Origin: Octopus sinensis
Lineage: Eukaryota
Direction: 5' to 3'
DNA length: 64,000 nt
Assembly: GCF_006345805.1 (NCBI RefSeq)
Contig: NC_043006.1
Span: forward strand, 12,648,001-12,712,000
Numbering within the stretch: the first letter of the stretch is position 1; each line of letters starts with the position of its first letter. The notes beneath the pieces were generated by a model. It was not told the DNA's origin, did not search any database, and saw only the letters and a program-made list of their open reading frames with translations. Below are positions 49,634 to 62,646 of the stretch, one piece after another. The translations under genes were made by a program, and so were the position numbers.

Positions 49634-50069
49634 ACAGAACTCCAGCTGTTCTGGGAATTATAATAGGACAATATTGTTATCCGTCATATGACGGGTATTT
49701 CAGCTAGTACACTTTGTGACTATGAGTAGAATAAGGTAATATGACATAGTAATTTTAATTTCTCAAATATTTTGGCACTTATAGAAAATGATGAATTGAA
49801 AACTAATCATCAAAAGCAATTATTATTTCAGAATAAAATTTCCAAGTGTAACTCTCTTCATTCATATATTCTCTCTCCTCCAATTTCCTTCTCACTGTTT
49901 CTATGTATAGAAATATTTTACTCATTGCCTTCCACTCATCCTTACATGCATACTCAACTTGCCCTCTGTATTTATCATTTACTGACTCCTTTCTCCTCTT
50001 CCTATATCTTGTAAAGTGAGACGAAAATTACACCAACCAGCCGACTTATATATCGTCTATTATTATATA

Positions 50070-50332
50070 CTAGCAGTATCGCCCGGTGTTGCTCGGGTTT
50101 GTAAGGGAAATAACTATATAAGCATTTTTAGATTAAAAATGGGGAAAAATGATGGTAAATTTTTTTTAAATCGTAGACTCATCGTAGACACGCGCTAATA
50201 CCCAGAAGGGCCCGATATGAATCACGACTATAAGATACCCGCTTTTGGTTAAACTGCAGCGCAAAATGTGGGAGTAGTTAGGAATCTAAATCGTAGGAGA
50301 CAGACACACAACTTCACTTTTATATATAAAGA
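50070..50332 (-). mobile_element. Non-autonomous Helitron, family H1, short copy
   Basis: Minus strand runs 5'-TCtttatatataaaag ... hairpin acccgagcaacaccggg ... CTAG-3', followed by T. Confidence 0.85.
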
Positions 50333-50703
50333 CTAGCACTATGACCCGGCAGTGCCGGGTCATAGTGTTAGTGCATGCATATACAGCTATGCGCGTGCGC
50401 ACATACACGCGAGTACTGTCCAAAATCTCCGACCAATCACATACAGCTAGCTGGCATTCAATTGGCGTATCAAGTTTCGGGCATTTTGATTGGGTTTTTG
50501 GATAGAAAATTCACAAAAAGTCACTTCTATTGATCTTTTAATGGATTTGCGCGGTGACTGGGAAAATGTAATGATATGCACGACCACCCTTGGACAGTTT
50601 TAAATGACCATAGAAAGTGCCAGCCCTCTAACTAAAAAATTGTGGATTTGTATAAAGGACACACACACACACACACATTTTGCCGTTTGTATATATAGAG
50701 AGA
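50333..50703 (-). mobile_element. Non-autonomous Helitron, family H2, fused head-to-tail to H1
   Basis: 5' A|TCtctctatatatac at 50703; perfect 14-bp hairpin cactatgacccggc-agt-gccgggtcatagtg (50337-50367); CTAG at 50333-50336. Confidence 0.8.
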
Positions 50704-51872
50704 TTTTACTGTGTCTCTATTGTAGTCCATGGTGTTCCATGCATCGGTAGCATCAGTTTGAGTAGATCGGGAATGATTAACGTTAAACGGCATCTGTCGC
50801 AGCAGACCATGGCCCCAGCATCTTTGTCCAAGTCAAAGCAATAAAAACATATTGATCAGTCTGAGAATATCGTAAATTGCAGCGTTTCGAGGCATTGCAC
50901 CTTGAACGAAATGGTTGTTAATCAAGTTTCTTAACTACACAGCTATGCTGCATCTCACTCTGACTGCACTCAGTAGAAATGTCTGAACTATTGATTTTTG
51001 TCTTAAAAGCAATACTAGTATTTACTTTGAAGACGAATATATTAAATTGATTAAACCTAACTTTATTACTATCATCAGTTATTTTACGGACTCCTAACAA
51101 AAGCAACGTTGCTCTGAGCAGGATTTCAACGCTGAAATGTTGGGCATTAAATTCAGTCTGGTTCACTATTTCTCGAACGCCATCTTAGAAGTATACAAAA
51201 ACATCGACTACAACATGTCATCCTAATCGAAATGCAGCACTTTTGATGTTAGGGTTGTATAATATATTTGTCATGAGATTACGACTAAATTTTCTTCATA
51301 ATAACGATACTACCCATACCACCAGCTTTATCATACATGGAGTATAAGCGTGGACAAATATTTATTTAGATCATTGCACAATAACAATAACAGCAACTAG
51401 CGTTAATTACTTAATCCTTGACGATCAGAGATACAAAGGAATGTCTGATACACCAAATTAATTTCAATAGAAATTTGAGATTTCTTTTGCATGAGTGGGA
51501 AAATAAAACGATTTAGCTGAAAGGATTGCATAAGTCGCAGCTTTTGTTTGCTACACTGTGATACGAGCTAAAACAGTATATAGAGACCGGGGTGGTAGCT
51601 TAATTTTCGAGGATGTATTTAATCCACAAACCAACTGAACAAAAGTATCTCGTCATTATATGCTTTCAGTAGGAATAACTCTGATGCAGGAATACGAATC
51701 TATTATCTATCAAACTATCTACGAAACCCTTAAAAAAAGAAAAGATCATGGGTAACGCACTTCTTTCCCTGACTAAATCATAATGTAATGTTTCTACATA
51801 ATTCTTATGCAATGTAGGGGACCGTATACATAGCCTTAAGTCGTTAACCAGTTATTGTCATATTATTTAATA

Positions 51873-52385
51873 CTAGCAGTATCGCCCGGCGTTGCTCGGG
51901 TTTGTAAGGGAAATAACTATATAAGCATTTTTAGAGAGTTACTTCCCTTATAGATGCCAATTCGGGCTTTCTTAGCCATTTCTGTTTTGGTGTCTTCAAG
52001 CCATGAAGTCGTTGTTCTAAAAGAACGCTGGTCTCCTTGACAAAGCTTTACGACGTTGATTTCCTTACACTCCCTTCCCCACAGCTTCACGAGGGAGGGA
52101 AGAAGGGGGAGAAGCAAACAGGTGCAGGTGTGAGCGTGGACGCCAACTCCGCCGCCATCGACACACGAAAAATTATGCATTAAAATGGACTAAAAAATGA
52201 TGTTAAATTATTTTTAAAATCGTAGACTCATCGTAGAGGCGCGCTAATAGCCAGACGGGCTCGATATGAATCACGACTATAAGATACCCGAATTTGGTTA
52301 AACTGCACCGCAAAATGTGGGAGTAGTTAGGAATCTAAATCGAAGGGGACAGACACTCACACAACTACAGTTTTATATATATAGA
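51873..52385 (-). mobile_element. Helitron H1 copy with a ~240-bp internal segment absent from the other copies
   Basis: A|TC...CTAG|T termini; ends homologous to the copies at 50070 and 58595. Confidence 0.85.
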
Positions 52386-52494
52386 TTTCGAATTGTGAAA
52401 GGTCTATAAACAGTAACAAATGACTTGTAAACGGTATCGACTGAAACACCAACCCTCGAATTGCTGACCTTGTGCCAACATCTTTGAAATAATT

Positions 52495-52654
52495 ATCATC
52501 ATTATCATCATAATAATTACCAAGTAGAAGTAGTAGTTCGTAGCAGTAGCAGTAGCTGTAACAGTAATAGTAGCAACAGCAGCAATGGTAGTCCCAGCAG
52601 CCGCAGGAGCAGCAGTAGTAGTAGCATTAGTAGTAGTAGTGTCAGCAGCAATAA

Positions 52655-52687
<33 letters not shown>

Positions 52688-52830
52688 CAGCAGCAGCAGC
52701 AGTGATAGCAGCCATAATAGCAGCTGTAGCAGCAGCAGCAACCGTAGTAGTAGTAGTAGTAGTAGTAGTAGCAGCAGCAGCAGCAGCAGTGATAGCAGCC
52801 ATAATAGCAGCTGTAGCAGCAGCAGCAACC

Positions 52831-52862
<32 letters not shown>

Positions 52863-52957
52863 TGTAGCAGCAGCAGCAGCAGCAGTGATAGCAGCCATAA
52901 TAGCAGCTGTAGCAGCAGTAGCAATAGTAGTAGTAGTAGTAGTAGTAGTAGTAGCAA

Positions 52958-53017
<60 letters not shown>

Positions 53018-53082
53018 CAGCAGCAGCAGTGATAGCAGCCATAATAGCGGCTGTAGTAGTAGTAGTAGTAGTAGTAGTAGTG
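52495..53082. repeat. Compound (AGT)n/(AGC)n array with a higher-order repeat
   Basis: Block gcagcagtgatagcagccataatagc.gctgtag recurs four times (~52697, 52784, 52880, 53024), separated by variable (gta)n. Confidence 0.9.
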
Positions 53083-53324
53083 AATTTTACCATAATTCCG
53101 AGTTGATTTTAGCTGCAGTAAAAATTTAAAAACGGAAAGAAACAAGGATTTCGTGGCTAATTCTTGCTGGCGAATGACAGCTTACTGTCAAGCACCTTTA
53201 TCTGCATTTTAATTCCAAACTTCGTCAATGCCCTTTGCGCATTCTTATAAATTCCTGCTTTACTATTCTGACATGGCTGTATACGCGATGATTGAAAGTT
53301 TTATTAACTCTATACTGCCTCCCC

Positions 53325-53658
53325 CATGTGAAGGCGCATGGCTCAGTGGTTAGAGCGTCGAGCTTACGATCGCGAGGTTGTGAGCTTCTGCGTGTTGTGT
53401 TCTTGAGCAAGGCACTTTATTTCACGTTGCTCCAGTTCACTCAGCTGTAGAAATGAGTTGCGACGTCACAGGTGCCAAGCTGTATCGACCTTTGTCTTTC
53501 TCTTGGATAACACTGGTGGCGTGGAGAGGGGAGGCCGGTATGCACGGGCGACTACTGGTCTTCCATAAAAAAAACCTTGCCCAAGCTTGTGCCTTAGAGG
53601 GTAACTCTCTAGGTGCAAACCCATGGTCACTCATGACCGAAGGGGGTCTTTACCCTTT
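53325..53658 (+). mobile_element. SINE family D with 12-bp TSD
   Basis: tactgcctcccc at 53313-53324 and 53659-53670. Confidence 0.9.
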
Positions 53659-53799
53659 TACTGCCTCCCCAGTTTCTCTTCGTCATCATTGACCTCCGAA
53701 TAGTCTCGTACGTGTACTTAGTACTTCTTTCACCCTTTTTTCCTTCCTTTTAGCAAGAATGGTCAGTAGGACTGGAACCTGTGTAGTGTTGTCTCCTTT

Positions 53800-54048
53800 G
53801 TTTCTCTTTTATCTTTTTTTTTTTACTTTTGCTAGTGGCCATGCTGGGGCACTGCTTTCAAGGGTTACAGTCGAACGAATCGACCTCCAGGACGTCTTGT
53901 AAAGCCTGGTACTTATTATATCGGTCTTTGGCCGAACCGCTAAGTAAACATACCGTTAAGTAACCGGGACGTAAACATTCCAAAACTGGTTGTCAACAGA
54001 TACAAAGGCACATACATACATACATACATACATACATACATACATACA

Positions 54049-54082
<34 letters not shown>

Positions 54083-54238
54083 CGTGTGTGTGTAAATTAT
54101 ATATACGACAGGCTTCTTTCAGTTTCCGTCTACCTGATCCTTTCACAAGGCTTTGGTCGGATGATGCTAAAGTAGAAGACACTTGACGAAGATGCCACGC
54201 AGAGGTACTGAACCAGGAACCATGTAGTTGAGAACCAA
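53800..54238 (-). mobile_element. Older SINE A copy
   Basis: Diverged family A body with an internal (TACA)n. Confidence 0.75.
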
Positions 54239-54508
54239 GACTTAAGTATTTTACCTGATCTTAAATACTACAATTCTGACCAAAAATTGATTAATTTGTT
54301 CAACTTCAATTTGTTCAATGCTGTGTCTCAGTGATTGAAACATGTAAAAGAACTATAAAATTCAAATCCTGCACTAATTATTTCTATACGTGAATGAGGT
54401 TTGAGTGAAATTAGGTTACCATTTCTAGAATTCGAGCAGTCACACAGAAGCTCATTCACTGGCTTGTCTTAGACGACCGTCTAAAGACTCAGAGACGCCA
54501 TAGTATCC

Positions 54509-55114
54509 TATTTCTTTACTACCCACAAGGGGCTAAACACAGAGAGGACAAACAAGGACAGAATAACGGATTAAATCGATTATATCGACCCCAGTGCGTA
54601 ACTGGTACTTATTTAATCGACCCCGAAAGGATGAAAGGCAAAGTCGACCTCGGTGGAATTTAAACTCAGAACGCAGAGGCAGACAAAATACCTATTTCTT
54701 TATTACCCACAAGGGGCTAAACACAGAGAGAACAAACAAGGACAGACAAACGGATTAAGTCGATTATATCGACCCCAGTGCGTAACTGGTACTTATTTAA
54801 TCGACCCCGAAAGGATGAAAGGCAAAGTCGACCTCGGTGGAATTTGAACTCAGAACGTAGCGGCAGACGAAATACCTATTTCTTTACTACCCACAAGGGG
54901 CTAAACACAGAGAGGACAAGCACGGACAGACAAACGGATTAAGTCGATTACATCGACCCCAGTGCGTAACTGGTACTTAATTTATCGACCCCGAAAGAAT
55001 GAAAGGCAAAGTCGACCTCGGCGGAATTTGAACTCAGAACGCAGAGGCAGACAAAATACCGCTAAGCATTTCTTTCGCCCGGCGTGTTAGCGTTTCTGCC
55101 TGCTGCTCTCCGCC
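54509..55114 (-). mobile_element. SINE B trimer: head-(body-tail)x3 with 8-bp TSD
   Basis: TSD tagtatcc at 54501-54508 and 55115-55122; unit junctions at ~54690 and ~54875; period ~185 bp. Confidence 0.92.
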
Positions 55115-55173
55115 TAGTATCCAATTGATATTTCTTGTACTCCTTCACCTCGTTAAGCTCACTATCCCAAAGG

Positions 55174-55550
55174 GAGCACTCCGTCTGTTACAACGATGTG
55201 GGTTCCGGTTGATCCGAATCAACGGAACAGCCTCCTCGTGAAATTAACGTGTAAGTGGCTGAGCACTCCACAGACACGTGCACCCTTAACGTAGTTCTCG
55301 GGGATATCCAGCGTGACACAGAGCGTGACAAGGCGGCCCTTTGAAATACAGGTACAACAAAAACAGGAAGTAAGAGTTAGAGAAAGTTGTGGTGAAAGAG
55401 TACAGCCGGGATCACCACCATCCCTGCTGGAGCCTCGTGGAGCTTTAGGTGTTTTCGCTCAATAAACACTCACAACGCCCGTTCTGGGAATCGAAACCGC
55501 GATCACTGGCCGCGAGTCCGCTGCCCTAACCACTGGGCCATTGCGCCTCC
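55174..55550 (-). mobile_element. SINE C1, full length
   Basis: Homologous to 2361-2748. Confidence 0.9.
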
Positions 55551-56294
55551 GGAAGTTTAGTACCTACTTTGAGAATAACTTATCCCCAACGAATCTATAT
55601 TCCTACAACAATCAATAGACAATCATGTTTATCATTACTCTTAGTATATTGTCATAGCAGTACTTTGCAGATGAAGTCAGAATAAAGCTGGTAATTGTTC
55701 GGAGTTGGTTACCTGATTTGTCGGAAAAAAAATAATGAAAATTATCCGTAATCGACAATAATTGTTAGTTTTAGTCAATGTCAATTTGAACTACCTATTC
55801 ATCAAATATTTTTATCACTATTTTGACTGATATCTTCATTATAACTTTCTAACTGGATGGCATGTTGGAATTATGTATATTTAATCATTTCTACAACCTC
55901 AAGAAATACAGCGGACAATGCCATCCATTTGCTTACGAAATCTTTCACCAATATTTCGAGAAGTACGATTGAGGCTATATTTCTCCGGCGCTGTCAGTAT
56001 ACTTGACAATATACTTGCGATAGAAATGAAAGATGATATTAGTTATTTAACAGCACATGCACACAATTTTATGTACGTATATATATATAGGGTAAAGAAT
56101 TATTAATTTAATAATTGATTAATCTTACCAAGTAGTTTCAGTATGGAAAAAAACCCATTATCGGTAAAACCTTGTACAAAAAGTTTTATTATGTATATAA
56201 TTATAAATATAATTAAGGGTTTAGCAACAAGTTACTTGACATACCGAAAATTTAGAAATAGCAGCCAAAGACAGCTAATTCCTTTCGCTATATG

Positions 56295-56700
56295 GAAATT
56301 GGAAAATTGGAAAATGTTGGAATCCGTGGAAAAGTTCTACACTGGATTAAGTATTTCCTGGCGAATAGAACACAACATGTTGTAGTTGATGGAGTCCACT
56401 CAAACCCAGCAAAAGTCACCAGCGGTGTTCCCCAGGGAACTGTTTTGGGTCCGCTACTCTTCATAATTTACGTAAACGACCTTTCCAGTGTTGTACATTA
56501 CTGCAAAGTGAAAATATTTGCTGATGACACTAAGCTGCAGCAAATCGTCAATGAAGAAGCAGACCTAACTCAACTCCAGTCTGACCTATATGCTGTGAGT
56601 CAATGGGCAGACAGAAACAAAATGCAACTGAATGAGGGAAAATTTGAGCTGATGCATTTTGGAAGAAATTCTTCACTAAAACAACCATACTCTCTTCCTT
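56295..56700 (+). mobile_element. CR1-like LINE reverse-transcriptase fragment, frame open
   Basis: GIRGKVLHWIKYFLANRTQHVVVDG...SGVPQGTVLGPLLFIIYVNDL...KIFADDTKL...LQSDL...WADRNKMQLNEGKFELMHFG. Confidence 0.93.
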
Positions 56701-57107
56701 TGGTCGAAACATATCTAAGTTTATCTAAGTTTATAGATATGATTCCACAGACAACAATATTTGTAACTCACATAGGCAAAAAGAAGAAAAAATAACGAAA
56801 TCAAATAGTCTTCGATTAATTATGAACGCGTTTCTGGATTAGAATTATAAAAATTCATTTCCTTCATCAGCATAATATTTCGAGAATTATAAATTTGAAA
56901 ATACTAGAAAACCTACCCTTTGCATCTTCGACCTGATGGCAAACTGCCGTTTTCTTTCGGTGGTACTATCTTGTGACACGCATGGTAATCTTGGCGGGAA
57001 AATATGAATTCACTCGTCTATATAAATTTGGATATGCTGACTACCTTGTGTTATGTTTCGATGGCGCTTGGACGGATGTATATATGTATGTATGTATCTG
57101 CAACTTT

Positions 57108-57778
57108 CGTAGCACCAACTTTCGTCATCAGTAATGACTTACGGAAAAGGGTCCTGATCAACTTCCAACTGTTCTTTCAGTTCATGACACGCATTCAGTC
57201 GTGACTGCTTTTGATCTTCCGTGAGTAAGTGAGGCACAAATCATACTGCATCTCTTTTCATTACCAATTCCTCGTTCAAAATTTGTTGGCAGGAGCCCCA
57301 GGGCACATCAGTCATATCATGTTCGTCATTTCTTCGGTGACGGTCCTCCAAGGTTAGTTCATGAATTTTCTTGATGTTTTCAACCGTTCGGAAAGTCGAC
57401 GGTCGTCCTGAACGAGGTTGGCAAGTGACCAATCCTAAAGCGTGGAAAACACTTTGTAAATTTGTATTTTGCTCATGGCAGCGTCCTCGTAAGCCGTTTG
57501 AAGCATGACAACTGATTCGGCCGCCGTTTCCCCAGTAGAAAACAGAATTCTACGGAAACATGTTGTTCCTTCGTTTCAGTTATCGCAAAACTCGACGAAC
57601 AAGTGAGAAGCACCTCAAAACAAAGACGCATTATGTGGCAGTACTTCACCACTTAACGACGCTGGTCAGCAGTCTGTTACCCGAGGATTGTATCAAGTGG
57701 CTTCTAGCAGTGGAGACTTGAAGTACAACAGGTTTATCCTATAGAGAAAATTTCCGGTTATTTTTTGGGTACTCCTCG
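57108..57778 (-). mobile_element. Mariner-like transposon, 5' half (decayed transposase)
   Basis: TA|CGAGGAGTACCC TIR start at 57778. Transposase motifs EQHVSVEFCFLLGK, PRSGRPST, CQQILNEEL, VITDDESWCY (first catalytic D), with frameshifts. Confidence 0.88.
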
Positions 57779-58594
57779 TATACACACACACACAACAGTC
57801 ACCCTATAATCATTTATGGTTAGCTTCTTATTCTGGATCTCTCTCAGAAATTCCGAGTTTCAATGAAGTGAATTAGATATCTTATTGAATTATCATGTAC
57901 ATGGTTGAGTATTCCACAGGCATGTGTGCTGTAAACATAATTCTGAAGCGGAATCAGTAGTAGTGTGACATGGCTAGACTTTCAAATCGTAGGAGCAATT
58001 CATCTGACGGTCTTGCATACAGTTTTCGCCCTTATTTAATTTCATTCAGAAGACATGAATTAACCCGGTTTTGTACAAACATGACGCTTGTCTATGATGC
58101 CACACAGAAGGGCCGATTCCAGGTTCTCATGAATGCTAAGCGGATGTCTGAACCACTGGGTCACACTACACATAAAAGTAGTGTATTTTTCCGTTTTCTT
58201 TTTTGTTGTAACGCCGAATTAAATTATGCTAGTGTTAACACAATCATAATTAAATTCTAACAAAGCGATACACGGTACAATGTTATTAGATTCTCACTAC
58301 TTCCATTCCAAAACTCCTCTTCAAATTGCTTTTTCGTCAGAAGATTACAGAATATCTTACTTAACACTGGAATTGATTCTTTTCTGCTGCTCTCTTTAAT
58401 TATGTCCTAAATCCCCTTTCATATTGCACTTTACTTTTATCTTTTGTTTCCTTCAATAACCATCCATTATCAGCCTGCAGCACTAACAAATATCTATATT
58501 AATCACACACTGATAGGATTTAAACACTGCTTCAGTTGACTTCTCTTCTCATCTCTACTCTCACTATTACTAGGGTTAAGATGATATGAACCAA

Positions 58595-58988
58595 TCTTTA
58601 TATATAAAAGTGAGGTTGTGTGCTGTCTGTCTCCTACGATTTAGATTCCTAACTACTCCCACATTTTGCGGTGCAGTTTAACCAAAACCGGGTATCTTAT
58701 AGTCGTGATTCATATCGAGCCCTTCTGGGTATTAGCGCGCGTCTACGATGAGTCTATGATTTTAAAAATAATTTGCCATAAATGTTTTCCCATTTTAATG
58801 CATTTTTGGCATATATAAGGGAAATAACTCTCTAAAAAGTTATTAAATCTCGGAACGTAAAAAAGTTACAGTAACCCCCCCCCCTTGTGGTTAGCCATAT
58901 TGAGATGGCTATTATACTTTACATCTCTAAAAATGCTTATATAGTTATTTCCCTTACAAACCCGAGCAACGCCGGACGACATTGCTAG
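58595..58988 (+). mobile_element. Helitron H1 copy with a different internal segment
   Basis: A|TCtttatatataaaag ... acccgagcaacgccgg ... CTAG|T. Confidence 0.88.
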
Positions 58989-59397
58989 TTATTCATATAT
59001 TGGGATTGTTTAATTGATTACAAGCCACCTCTAGCAAATTTATGTTCATACTAAGACACACTGTCATCTTCGTCATCTGCCAGAATAAGCGAGTATCAGA
59101 CAAGCAAACGTACATTTTTTGTCTTGGATCTTAACATTTTTATTTCAAATGCCACCGATATCAACTGTACCGTTATGATCCAAAGCATTCCATTCTCGAC
59201 CTTCACGTTCTGCATGGTTTTCTATGATTTTCTTATGTAAAACTTCATTTCCTTATCAAACAGACCTGTGATCAAAGGCATTCTATCCGTGACTTTCCCG
59301 AACTCATATGGGTATCTGCGACTGTAGTGCTTGAAATGTCGTTTCCTTATAGGACTGATCTATGACAAAATGTATTTCAATACTGATCATGACAAAA

Positions 59398-59630
59398 AGG
59401 GGGCGAGCTGGCAGAAACGTTAGCACGCCGGGAAAAATACTTAGCGGTATTTCGTCTGTCTCTACGTTCTGAGTTCAAATTCCGCTGAGGTCGACTTTGC
59501 CTTTCATCCTTTCAGGGTCGATGAATTAAGCACCAGTTACGCACTGGAGTCGATATAACCGACTTAATCCGTTTGTCTTTCCTTGTTTGTCCTCTCAGTG
59601 TTTAGCCCCTTGTGAGTAGTAAAGAAATAG
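59398..59630 (+). mobile_element. SINE B monomer
   Basis: Head gcgagctggcagaaacg, core, and tail aaagaaatag. Confidence 0.9.
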
Positions 59631-62320
59631 AAATATATTTTATTTTTAAAATATAATACTTGTCAGTGAGCAAGTTTCGTGGAGTGCTGCTAATTTAATT
59701 TGCAAAAAATGACAGCTATATCTTCATCTGTATTCATCTGTCTTGAAAAGAGATAACAATGGATAATATAATCCGATATATACTAAATCCGAAATAAGGA
59801 TGATAAAGCTATGAATGAAATCTGCTTGCTTAGTTAGTTAGAACTGATCTCGACTGAAAAAAAAATCATCGCCGACAACGTCAGAAACACCATCAACGTC
59901 ATCGGTAGAAGCAAGAGCAACTAGAATTTTAAAAGTAAATAAAAATACGAAGAGTAAAGATTAAAAAAAAATACCATCCGTAATCAGAGTGTAATTTCCG
60001 TATAAAGAGACTCTGCATCTCCATCACAGATAATGAATAGATAGATCTTGTGTATAACAATGTATGTCATTAGCGATTATATTTCTCGAAGTTTCTAAAT
60101 AAAAGAAACTACAAATACATACAACAACATATCATTGTATATATTGTTGTATGTATCTCTGTAGAAGTTCACTGTGATGCTTCCACTTGATTGAGTCGGA
60201 ATGGTTGGTTTCATTTGGATTGACTTGAGATTTGAAACTTCTGGCGTAAATCTGGCTATCAAGGCTATGCCTTGGGTATTTTGCTCGAAATATTTCTATT
60301 CCGTTTTGGAATATAGATATTAGTAAAAAAAAAAATAATAAAACGCTACTTCAGTGAAATCTATCGTTGCATCTCACATAAATTACAAGCAGTAGGAAAC
60401 CCATATAAACACAGGCGTTGTATTGACAGTTGAGAATTCATGGATAATTTGCGAAGAAAAGCGAAGAAAATATTACAGCGGGCTCAATTGCAATAAAATA
60501 TTATAGAAGTACCCTACTTAGAAAGAACATATTCGTGAAGATCAGAGTTTTCAAGTCATGAAGAAACGTAGTCCCCATGATCCGTTACAATGCCCACAAA
60601 ATTGATGAGAGAAAGGAGAAAGGAGAAAGATATACATGTAATCACAGATAAAGTGCAATAAATACTTATGACAATATCTGTGGTGAAATCATGATCAAAC
60701 CTTAGAAATTCAGACCCATCAAAAATATATAAGGAACATGATATACAGCCTAAATAGTCAGAATGAAAATCGGTGCAGCAGCAACGTGAATGAAAAGAAC
60801 AAAACAGAACACACTAGATAGTATTCGTACTGCCAGACACTCATAAAAGCCCACCCAGAGAGTTCATCCATCAAAACAAGGTTCATCAGGCTTAACCCAT
60901 TCACAGGAAGTATATACATGAAGTTAGAATCAAGCCATCTGGAGAAGCACATACATTGGACTAATGCAGAAAAAAAAAACAGCCGAGTCCAGTGATGACG
61001 CGTTGTGGAGGAATTTCAACCGTGTTTCGTGGTCTGCTACCATAACAGCTCCTTTATAGGACCCAGTTAGCTCAAGACATCATCAGGAGGAACCACGTCC
61101 GGTTTCGGCCCCTACTCCTCTACCGTTTTGACGTGGCGGGCCCCCATCCCTTCGGAGGTGTCTTCAGCTCTGGTGTTGGCCTCTTTTCTTCATCCTTCTT
61201 CTGTTCCCTGGCCTCTTCGATGTAGCATCAACGAGCGTCAGCGGACAACTGACTGCCTTGTCAATGTTTTTTCCCGTTAAATACCTGCTGCTAGACTGCA
61301 ACAGGCAGCCCCAGCAAGTTGTCACGTGACACTGTCTCGACTTTAACTGACCAATGAAGGCGCGTAGTCTTAGCCCAAACATTCTCTAAACGACACCGTC
61401 GCCTGTCAATCAGCGAAGCTAATTCAGTGTCAGCTAAACTGTAGCAGAGTTTAGACCGTTGACACCAACAAGTAGTATGAGTAAATGGATGAGAGGCCCA
61501 AATTTACAATCTAATGTGTACGAAGACAGTTTTTATATGTGCGTATGAATGTGTGTTTGTGTGTAATGTGCTTGTTTCGGGCGGGGAAGGGGACTGCAGG
61601 AAAAAAAGGGGCCGTAGTATTGTAAGCTAGATTTAACGATCATCGCAGTAAAACACATCAGCAAAAATCAATAGAAACAATGTTTTAGTAGTACTTCAAT
61701 CAGACCTTCAGAATAACATGGAGCTGATGAATGAGTTGATTGAGAGATGAAAGGCTCCATAAAATATTGCTGGTAAGAGCGGAAAAATAGAGGGACTCTA
61801 TCAGAAATCTAAAGATCAACGTCTTCGGATTTGTATAGAAGGATAAAAAGTATATTTTCTGTGGATGTTGGAGAACTCATTACTGATGTAAAATCCACAA
61901 ATTATTTCGCTAAGAAACCAAATGCCACGAAAATGGCTCTATCTATCCATCTAATTTCCTCTCTCTCCTCCTTCTCCCTCTTTCCTTCAAACTATCAATC
62001 ACTCAGTCTTTTCTCGGTTCTGTATGTTCAAAACACGCGCGCTCACACACACAGACGTATGCCCGGACACACACATATGGAGAGAGAGAATGAGAAAGTT
62101 AGTGAGAGAGAAAATGGAGGGAGTGAGAGGGATTGCAAATTATGCATAACACAACAGCATCTTAAAATGCTACACAATTTCCAACACATAGATATATAAA
62201 TGTAGATAGATAGATATGCATATATACATACACACACACACACACACATGTATATATATATACAAATATATACATATATATGTATATATATATATACATA
62301 CATACATATATACACACACA

Positions 62321-62362
<42 letters not shown>

Positions 62363-62590
62363 ATCATATATATATATACATATATACATACCTGGATACA
62401 CATAACCATATGTATACATGAGTGAATATATATATGCATACATAAATTGTGTTATGTGTGTATATATATATATATATATTATATGTATATATAGCCATAC
62501 AAGTTGATAGATGGATAAATAGACAAACACATACACACATACACTAACACACACGTACACACACACACACACACACACAACACACACACA

Positions 62591-62646
<56 letters not shown>

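Noticed and set aside
54509-55114. CRISPR-like or satellite interpretation of the ~185-bp periodic array
   Set aside because: Units are whole SINE bodies with no unique spacers, the array has one head and a TSD, and the context is eukaryotic with no cas genes.
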